From an uncultured Myxococcales bacterium (GTDB lineage Bacteria; Myxococcota; UBA4151), in contig CAXGWI010000107.1 in NCBI GenBank assembly GCA_964013405.1, forward strand, positions 1 through 12,316: a stretch of DNA of 12,316 nucleotides. Direction: 5' to 3'. Both the position numbers and the translations under genes were made by a program. Numbering within the stretch: position 1 is the stretch's first letter; each line of letters begins with the position of its first letter. This document shows positions 1 to 6,060 of the stretch, one piece after another. The notes under the pieces are model-generated. The model was given only the letters and a program-made list of their open reading frames with translations, searched no databases and was not told the DNA's origin.

Positions 1-1462
1 GATCCTTCGCACCATCGAGACCAATAAAGTCACCGGCAACACTCCACACCATGCCTGGCACTTTGGGTTGCTTATAGGCGATGATGTTGGGCAGGGCCAT
101 TTGGTTGTACCAACGATAGGGTCGGTTCTGGTCGTCGAGGGCGACTTGAAAACGGCTGATCGCTGCCGGACGATAGGCACCATGCTGGGTGGTTTCAGGC
201 CGGCTCCAAATGACTTTAACCGGGCGCTTCATGGCTTTGGAAAGCAGAACCGCCTGCGTGACGAAGTCCGTCTCAGAACGCCGACCGAAGCCTCCGCCCA
301 GATAGGTCGTATGAATCTTCACCTGGTCCTTATCCAGTCCAGAGGCTGCTGCCGCTGCTTTTTGACTGGCTGTCTGGGCCTGGGTGGGCGCCCACACATC
401 ACAGCGCTTTGCTGTCACATGGGCAGTGCAGTTGATGGGCGACATGGTGGCATGCTCAAGGAAGGGAACCTCGTACTCCACATCCAGGGATCGTTTGGCG
501 TTCTTCAGTCGGCGTTTGCCATGGTCGTCCAAGGCGGAGAGCATCACCTGACGCTGTGCTTCCGTACTGGGCGCAGCAACGCCTTCGGTGGTGAACTCAA
601 CCACGAGGCTATCGAGGGCTCGCTGGGCTTGCCACCAATGTTCAGCAACCACAGCGACCCAGTCGTCAAAGGGGAGAACGGCAAGGACCTCTGGTTTTTT
701 TTCGACGTCCTTTTGATTCACGACCTTCTTCACCCGCCCCAGGAAGGCCGGTGCGTGACGAACCGCTGCGTGCACCATCCCCGGACGACGGACGTCGACG
801 CCGAAGATCGGCTCCCCTTTGGCTTTGGGCGGTGTATCCACTCGGGGCTGAGAACGACCGATCAAACGGAAATCCTTGGGCGATTTTAAGGTCACCGACC
901 CGGGGGCATCCAGTTTGGCTGCCTCTGCGGCCAACTCGCCATAGTCCAAGCGCTTCCCTTCGGGATGCAGCACCTGCCCTTGTTCGGTTTTGAGTTGCTC
1001 GACCGGCACGTTCCAACGAGCGGCCGCCGCTTTTAGGAGCAGTGCTCGAGCGGTCGCTCCCGCCTCTCGCATGGGTTGCCAGTAGGCCGGCGTGCTGGTG
1101 CTCCCTCCCGTGACTTGCCCCCCAAACATTTTCGGATTTGAGAACTGCTTCGCCACCGGTGCGGGGACCGGACGGACTCGGGCAAAATCGACATCGAGTT
1201 CCTCAGCCACCAACATAGCGAGGTTGCTATAGACGCCCTGGCCCATTTCGGAACTGGCCACAGCCACCCGAACCTCGCCCTCTGGGGTGATGTACACCCA
1301 GCCCAACATGGGCTCATCAAGCCCTGGCCCCCTGTCCGTCGCCTCTCTCCCCCGGGCGATAAAAACCACGTGAGAACTGCAGCCAACAGAGGCAGCAACC
1401 ACAAGGCCGGCGCCAAAACCAGCACTGAGTTTTAAGAAGTGTCGGCGGCTGAGGGTGCTCAT
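1..1462 (-). CDS. iorB: Xanthine dehydrogenase family molybdopterin-binding subunit (isoquinoline 1-oxidoreductase beta / aldehyde oxidoreductase large subunit type), 3'-truncated by the window edge
   Basis: Translated by hand from ATG 1462, with no stop before base 2 (487 codons): [28 protein letters not shown]...[19 protein letters not shown]...QVTGGSTS...[11 protein letters not shown]...[12 protein letters not shown]...LGGGFGRR...PVKVIWSR...YRP. These are hallmark IorB-family motifs. The start overlaps the stop of the 2Fe-2S gene (ATGA, 1459-1462). Absent from the ORF track because it has no stop in the window. The substrate cannot be inferred. Confidence 0.93.
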   Translation of the reverse strand, partial: MSTLSRRHFLKLSAGFGAGLVVAASVGCSSHVVFIARGREATDRGPGLDEPMLGWVYITPEGEVRVAVASSEMGQGVYSNLAMLVAEELDVDFARVRPVPAPVAKQFSNPKMFGGQVTGGSTSTPAYWQPMREAGATARALLLKAAAARWNVPVEQLKTEQGQVLHPEGKRLDYGELAAEAAKLDAPGSVTLKSPKDFRLIGRSQPRVDTPPKAKGEPIFGVDVRRPGMVHAAVRHAPAFLGRVKKVVNQKDVEKKPEVLAVLPFDDWVAVVAEHWWQAQRALDSLVVEFTTEGVAAPSTEAQRQVMLSALDDHGKRRLKNAKRSLDVEYEVPFLEHATMSPINCTAHVTAKRCDVWAPTQAQTASQKAAAAASGLDKDQVKIHTTYLGGGFGRRSETDFVTQAVLLSKAMKRPVKVIWSRPETTQHGAYRPAAISRFQVALDDQNRPYRWYNQMALPNIIAYKQPKVPGMVWSVAGDFIGLDGAKD

Positions 1463-1926
1463 GGGCTCTTCTCACCCATGGCTTTGGCCGCCCGGTGGAT
1501 GCCTTTACGGATCCGAGGGTAGGTTCCGCAGCGGCAGAGATTGGTCATCTCTCGGCTGATCACCTCGTCGCTGGGGTTGGGGTGCTTGGTCAGCAAGGCT
1601 GCCGCCATCATGATTTGCCCCGGCTGGCAGTAGCCACACTGGGGAACATCTTCGGCGATCCAAGCCTCCTGCAAAGGATGCAATCGCCCCTGGCCCAGGC
1701 CCTCGATCGTGGTCAGCGATCGGTTCTCCAAGGTTCGGCAGGGCACGGTGCAACTGCGCAGGGCTTCCCCATCCACATGGACCGTACAAGCGCCGCATTG
1801 CCCCAGACCGCAACCAAACTTGGTGCCCTGGAGTGCCAGCACATCCCGCAGCAACCAGAGAATGGGCATCTCACCGTCGGCGTCGACAGTCGTCGCTTCA
1901 CCGTTAAGTGTGAAACTAAGTTTCAT
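1459..1926 (-). CDS. iorA: (2Fe-2S)-binding small subunit of a xanthine oxidase-family oxidoreductase (IorA/CoxS-like)
   Basis: 155 aa with [17 protein letters not shown]...C (first cluster) and QCGYCQPGQ...NLCRCGTY (second cluster). SD-like GAAGAGG just upstream of the ATG. Coupled to the iorB-like gene. Confidence 0.96.
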   Translation of the reverse strand: MKLSFTLNGEATTVDADGEMPILWLLRDVLALQGTKFGCGLGQCGACTVHVDGEALRSCTVPCRTLENRSLTTIEGLGQGRLHPLQEAWIAEDVPQCGYCQPGQIMMAAALLTKHPNPSDEVISREMTNLCRCGTYPRIRKGIHRAAKAMGEKSP

Positions 1927-1982
1927 GGTTCCTCTTCCCAGGCCTGGAGCACCCCGGTTGCCTTGGGTGGGAACTCTTTACC

Positions 1983-2687
1983 TTAGGGGAGCCCGGCGAT
2001 CCAGCCGACCAGCAACAGGCTGTGAGAACCCATGGATGCCAGATTGACCACCCCTTGCCCTGCCCCAACCTGGTGCCGATAGGTGAGTCGCGCCAGGGTC
2101 CCGGCGAGGCCCAAGCGCAGAGCCTGTGGCCCCTTCGAGCCCAAGGTCAGTCCCAACTCGGTGGAGAGTAAGACGTCCAGAGGTCCCATGGCTTCCACAC
2201 CGGTTTGCCGGGGATGGCCCGGTCGAGCGATCAAGCCAAGCATAGGCACCGAGGCATCCCAGCGAATGCGAGGTCCCCCACCGGCAAAGGCCAAGCCGGT
2301 GCGCAGGGCGAGGCGGCGATCCATGGGGGTGAGCCCACTAAAGAACACCGATTGAACAAAGGGGGCGATTCGACCCTTCTTTGACCAACGGAAGGGGCGA
2401 CTCAGGCCCAGGATCGCAAAACGCTCGTTGGGCTGAATACCACTGATGAACTCATGGGCTGTCAGGCTGAGACTAATTTGCTGAGGCAAGGCCAAGCTGC
2501 CCTGGACGCGAATCAGCCCGATGCTTCCTTGGGGAAAGGGCGCAGCCCCTGCGCTGATCTCCAGCTGGTTGGGTACAGCCTCCGCATGGGGCAGAGCAAA
2601 GGTCGGGCTGGAGGCCTGGGCTGAGGCAGCCCAAAGGGCCAGCAGCAGGCTAGCGGCGCGTGTAGAGAAACAGCACATTGTCTTCAT
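1983..2687 (-). CDS. Hypothetical exported protein, possibly an outer-membrane beta-barrel
   Basis: 234-aa ORF filling the gap between co-oriented genes. N-terminal signal peptide (RAASLLLALWAASAQA). Many alternating hydrophobic/polar segments (LIRVQGSLAL, ISLSLTAH, LALRTGLAF, TELGLTLG, LRLGLAG, ARLTYRH). The start (2687 or 2678) overlaps the 3' end of the upstream gene. Confidence 0.65.
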   Translation of the reverse strand: MKTMCCFSTRAASLLLALWAASAQASSPTFALPHAEAVPNQLEISAGAAPFPQGSIGLIRVQGSLALPQQISLSLTAHEFISGIQPNERFAILGLSRPFRWSKKGRIAPFVQSVFFSGLTPMDRRLALRTGLAFAGGGPRIRWDASVPMLGLIARPGHPRQTGVEAMGPLDVLLSTELGLTLGSKGPQALRLGLAGTLARLTYRHQVGAGQGVVNLASMGSHSLLLVGWIAGLP

Positions 2688-3975
2688 AGCCTGTCACCAG
2701 CAGTTCGTTGCGGCCGTCGCCGTCCACATCTTTGATGAGCATGCCACCGGCTTGGCCCAGGAAGTCCTCGAGCACATGCTGGGTGAAGGTCCCCGGCGCG
2801 GTCTGCTCAAAGTAGAAGATCCGTGGATCGCCGTCACCGGAGACAAGGAGGTCCAAGTCCCCATCATCATCGCCATCCCCATAGCCAAAGATGCCGGGGG
2901 CGGCGGTGCCCGTGCCGGGTCGGGACACGATGCCCTCGCTGATCACATCTTTGGTCCAGGGTGCTCTGGGGTCGGCGCCCGGGGTGTAGACGGAAATCTC
3001 CGAGGGGGCATCGTCAGCCACGCTCACCGTGTTGGTGTGGTTGCTGCCCACCCCCCGGGTGATGCCATCACCGTAAAGATTAGGAATCAGCGAAAACTGA
3101 ATACTGGGACCGCTGCTGTCATCGATGATGTGTCGCTGCCATGCACCCGCCGGCTTGGCCTCACTGGGGGCTTCGACCTGCTCCATCCACACGTAACTGG
3201 CCCCCAACTTGGCAAAATACTCGCCACTGACGAGATCCACATCGCCGTCTCCGTCCACATCGGCGCTATGGACCAAGCTGCCCAAGCCCGCACCGATGAT
3301 GTGGGGTGTGGTGCTAAAGACGCCCGGGCTTAAGGCCTCAAACCACCAGGCTTCGGCACTGTTCTCGCCACCGAAGGGCGTGGCAAAGGACTCGACCACC
3401 GTAATCAAGTCCAGATCCCCATCGCCGTCGAGATCGACGGGTAGCCCTTCGTGGACGAAGCGGTCTAGGCCCGGCTCAATGACATCGTGACGAATCCAAC
3501 CCGCATCGCTTTGCTCAAACCAATGCAAACCGCCGCAATCGCCGGTCCAGGGCACCAGTTCGCAGGTGAGGAATCCGGTGCCGACGATCACATCAAGACG
3601 ACCGTCATTGTTGAGATCGACAGTGCGGTTCGCATTGGGCCACTTCAAGCCTTCTTGCTCATCAAAGATAGCTTCGGTTTGCCACTCGTCGCCCTCAAAC
3701 CAGAGACGGTCGAGGGAGCCATTGGGAACCGACAGCCCCACCTGCTTGTGGAAATTGCCGACGATCAACTCCTGCTGTCCCTGGCCTTTGAGGTCCGCAA
3801 TGGTCACAAAGGCTGGACCACAAATGCCCTTGGTGACAGCCTGGCGATCCCAGGTCTGCGTCCCCAAGGTCACTTCAGACCGGTCGCCATGCTCGTAGGT
3901 GGAAGCACAAGGATCCGCACAGCCCACCTGAAGGGAGCAGAGCGCCAACACCATGAGAAGAGGAGCGTATCGCAT
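2650..3975 (-). CDS. FG-GAP/VCBS repeat beta-propeller lipoprotein
   Basis: 441 aa. Signal peptide ending LQVG-C (lipobox-like). Seven D-x-[DN]-x-D-G-like repeats, two of them degenerate: ADLKGQGQQELIVG, VDLNNDGRLDVIVG, VDLDGDGDLDLITV, ADVDGDGDVDLVSG, PNLYGDGITRGVGS, GDGDDDGDLDLLVS, KDVDGDGRNELLVT. Confidence 0.9.
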   Translation of the reverse strand: MRYAPLLMVLALCSLQVGCADPCASTYEHGDRSEVTLGTQTWDRQAVTKGICGPAFVTIADLKGQGQQELIVGNFHKQVGLSVPNGSLDRLWFEGDEWQTEAIFDEQEGLKWPNANRTVDLNNDGRLDVIVGTGFLTCELVPWTGDCGGLHWFEQSDAGWIRHDVIEPGLDRFVHEGLPVDLDGDGDLDLITVVESFATPFGGENSAEAWWFEALSPGVFSTTPHIIGAGLGSLVHSADVDGDGDVDLVSGEYFAKLGASYVWMEQVEAPSEAKPAGAWQRHIIDDSSGPSIQFSLIPNLYGDGITRGVGSNHTNTVSVADDAPSEISVYTPGADPRAPWTKDVISEGIVSRPGTGTAAPGIFGYGDGDDDGDLDLLVSGDGDPRIFYFEQTAPGTFTQHVLEDFLGQAGGMLIKDVDGDGRNELLVTGYEDNVLFLYTRR

Positions 3976-3978
3976 GGT

Positions 3979-3998
3979 AATCTACTACATGGTAGATT
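3979..3998. promoter_or_regulatory. AT-rich inverted repeat AATCTAC-N6-GTAGATT filling the 24-nt intergenic gap (possible operator or translational hairpin)
   Basis: Plus strand AATCTAC TACATG GTAGATT with perfect 7-bp arms, ending 3 nt before the FG-GAP gene ATG. The function is inferred. Confidence 0.4.
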
Positions 3999-3999
3999 C

Positions 4000-5022
4000 C
4001 TAGCTTTCCAGCGCCTCCGGTTCGGACGTTTGTCCGAGATCACCAGGGGGTCGCAACCGGTCGATGAGCCAAAACAGCCCCACCAGGAGATAGACCACCG
4101 CATAATCAAGGACCGGAATCCGGGTCACCTCATGGATTTGGCTGAGTCGATCGGTGAGGCTGTAGGCCACGAGCATGGAGACTACAAACAACAGGCCGAC
4201 GCCCCGACGCAGCCGAGGGGACCAGCCCAAACCATGCATTTGGGTGAGGATGAAGACGCTGCCAAAGCCAAAGCCGAACATGGCCCACATCCCCTTGCCT
4301 TGGGCGATGGCGACCAAGACTGCATGGGGAATGACCAGGATCTCCAACAGCAAGGTCCAGCGTCGATCCAAGTGGGCTCGGTGAAAGAGCAGCGTCGACT
4401 GCCAAAGCAGTAAGAGAAGGTAGAAGAAGCCCCAGAGATGCCCGGGGGTCGCCACCGCAGGATGGTACCAAAAGGTGTAGATCAGGGCCCAACTGAACAG
4501 GTAGCCGTGGTAGCGTTTGCAGACGGTGAGCAGTCGCTTTGAGAAGCGCACTTTGCGCCCCCAGAAGAGACCGCGCCGGGGGCTCTCCATCAACAAGATG
4601 ACCATGAGCATCAGGGCCACGGAGCCCAGGGCGGTCACCTCGGGCACATCCTGAGCGAGTCCGTCGTACCAGATCTGGGTTTGCAGGATGTGGAGCCCCA
4701 CAAAGAGGACGTGGACGCCCATCATGGCCCAGTTGGCACCGCGAAAGCGGTCCGAAAACCCGATCTTTGCCCGCTGGGCCCAGGCGATGATGCCCCAGAC
4801 GGCGAGGTTGTGTAGAGCGTAGCCGATCCAAGCGCTGGCCCGACTCCAATCGGTGGGCTCGGTGAGTCGCCAGGGATATTGAAAAGGTCGGGTGGGACCC
4901 ACGACCTCAAAACCACTGAGCCCCCCAGCAGTGGCAGCGATGACCGCCACCGAAGCCAAGGCAAAGGCCGAGCCACCCACAAAGGCGGCGAGGGGCCAGG
5001 GTTTGGAAGTCGATGGCGCCAT
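4000..5022 (-). CDS. Uncharacterised polytopic membrane protein (~10 TM, histidine-rich)
   Basis: Start reassigned from 5130 to ATG 5022 (340 aa), which follows AAGGGGGGG and avoids overlap with the divergent hydrolase. About ten hydrophobic segments. Motif-like stretches WYDGLAQDV, MESPRRGLFWG, RYHGYLFSWALIYTFWYHP, TQMHGLG. Confidence 0.85.
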   Translation of the reverse strand: MAPSTSKPWPLAAFVGGSAFALASVAVIAATAGGLSGFEVVGPTRPFQYPWRLTEPTDWSRASAWIGYALHNLAVWGIIAWAQRAKIGFSDRFRGANWAMMGVHVLFVGLHILQTQIWYDGLAQDVPEVTALGSVALMLMVILLMESPRRGLFWGRKVRFSKRLLTVCKRYHGYLFSWALIYTFWYHPAVATPGHLWGFFYLLLLLWQSTLLFHRAHLDRRWTLLLEILVIPHAVLVAIAQGKGMWAMFGFGFGSVFILTQMHGLGWSPRLRRGVGLLFVVSMLVAYSLTDRLSQIHEVTRIPVLDYAVVYLLVGLFWLIDRLRPPGDLGQTSEPEALES

Positions 5023-5124
5023 GCCCCCCCTTAATCGCAAGTGAAAGACTTGAACAGACCACCGGCTCTGGCTTGCCTGGGGCCGGGATCCTGGGCGATG
5101 AGAGCCTCCCCCAGGAGGGCCGTG

Positions 5125-6060
5125 GTGCAACTCAAGTGGATCAATCCGGGCCTACGCACGGCCGCCGCGGTGGCTCGCCAATTGCCCTCGTGCCGTGCCC
5201 ATGCCCGGCTCACCGAACGCGTGGGGCGCAACATCCCCTATCGCAGCGATGGTGGGCGAGCCCACGTCCTCGACATCGTTGCACCCAAAGATCGCCAAGG
5301 CCTCCAACCGGTTGTGCTCTATGTGCATGGCGGTGGCTTCAGCATGGGCACCAAAGAGACGCACACCCATGTAGTCCAGCGCATTGCTGCCGCCGGCTAT
5401 GTGGTTTTTAACATCGACTACCGCCTGGGTGCAGAGGGTGCGTTCCCAGCCGGACTGGAAGATACCTGTGCTGCCCTCACCTGGATCTTAGATCATGCCG
5501 CAGATTACGGCGGCGATGCCCAGCGTCTGGCCTATGCGGGAGAATCGGCGGGTGCGAATCTGATCTTGGCCCTCACCATGGTGGGCGCAGAGCCCTTTCA
5601 CGCCCCCTTTGCCCAGGCGGTCTACGACCGAGATCCTCGGCCCGCAGTGGTCCTGCCGGCCTGCGGTATTCTCGAGGTTCACCGGGCGGAGCGGTTTCTT
5701 GAGAACGAGGCTTTGCGGCCCATCTTCCGCAAGCGCATCGCCGCGGTCTGTCGGGGCTATCGACGCCGTGAGCTCGAGGACGACAGCCTCGCCAGCCCTT
5801 TGGCTTTGCTGGAAGGTCTCGAATCCCCCGCGCGCCCCTTGCCGGCGATTTACACCCTTTGCGGTGGTGCAGACCCCATCCTTGACGATAGCGAACGCTT
5901 GGAAAGGGCCCGCCAGCGTTTGGGCTTGGCCGGAGCCTTTCATATGGAGCCGGATCAGGTGCACGCCTATCACCTCTTTCCCTGGTTAGAAGCCGCCCCC
6001 GCAGCCTGGCAGCGCCAATTGGACTTTCTCGATCAGACCTTTGCGGAGACTCGCCCATGA
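5125..6060 (+). CDS. Alpha/beta hydrolase, hormone-sensitive lipase (HSL / family IV esterase) type
   Basis: VLYVHGGGF oxyanion motif, DYRL, GESAG nucleophile elbow, candidate Asp (GGADPILDD) and His (QVHAYH). Start placed at GTG 5125 because AGGAGG (5113-5118) lies 6 nt upstream. The ORF-track start 5041 and ATG 5098 are alternatives. Confidence 0.92.
   Translation: MQLKWINPGLRTAAAVARQLPSCRAHARLTERVGRNIPYRSDGGRAHVLDIVAPKDRQGLQPVVLYVHGGGFSMGTKETHTHVVQRIAAAGYVVFNIDYRLGAEGAFPAGLEDTCAALTWILDHAADYGGDAQRLAYAGESAGANLILALTMVGAEPFHAPFAQAVYDRDPRPAVVLPACGILEVHRAERFLENEALRPIFRKRIAAVCRGYRRRELEDDSLASPLALLEGLESPARPLPAIYTLCGGADPILDDSERLERARQRLGLAGAFHMEPDQVHAYHLFPWLEAAPAAWQRQLDFLDQTFAETRP

Noticed and set aside
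1..700. Somewhat lower GC in parts of the iorB-like gene (two hand-counted 60-nt lines at 50% and 53%, versus 65-72% in three lines elsewhere)
   Set aside because: Too few samples, another line in the same gene is 65%, and there are no mobility genes or boundary repeats. Not enough to call horizontal transfer.
695..702. A8 run in the iorB-like coding strand (T8 on plus) as a slippage or phase-variation site
   Set aside because: The frame is intact through it (EKKP, followed by the conserved VAVVAEHWW). Nothing indicates a frameshift.
68..889. 273-aa plus-strand ORF (also 666-1016, 751-993, 1033-1425)
   Set aside because: Antisense or alternate-frame shadows of the iorB-like gene, whose frame carries all the family motifs.
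1927..1982. CCAGGCCTGG palindrome (1938-1947) and possible CACCC/GGGTG stem upstream of iorA; considered as a Moco riboswitch or terminator
   Set aside because: The gap is only 56 nt, too short for the Moco RNA motif. There is no U-tract, and GC-rich palindromes of this size are expected by chance.
3978..3997. Resemblance of TAATCTACTACATGGTAGAT to the Cas12a repeat handle (AATTTCTACT…GTAGAT)
   Set aside because: Single copy, lacks the AATTT leader, has a longer loop, and there are no spacers or cas genes.
2521..4849. Long overlapping ORFs 2521-3333 (+), 3487-4413 (+), 4130-4849 (-)
   Set aside because: Shadow ORFs typical of high-GC codon bias. They have no motifs and overlap well-supported genes.
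5023..5130. N-terminal extension of the membrane protein to 5130, overlapping the hydrolase start
   Set aside because: Low-complexity extension. Both genes have better SD-supported internal starts (5022 and 5125), leaving a ~100-nt divergent intergenic region.
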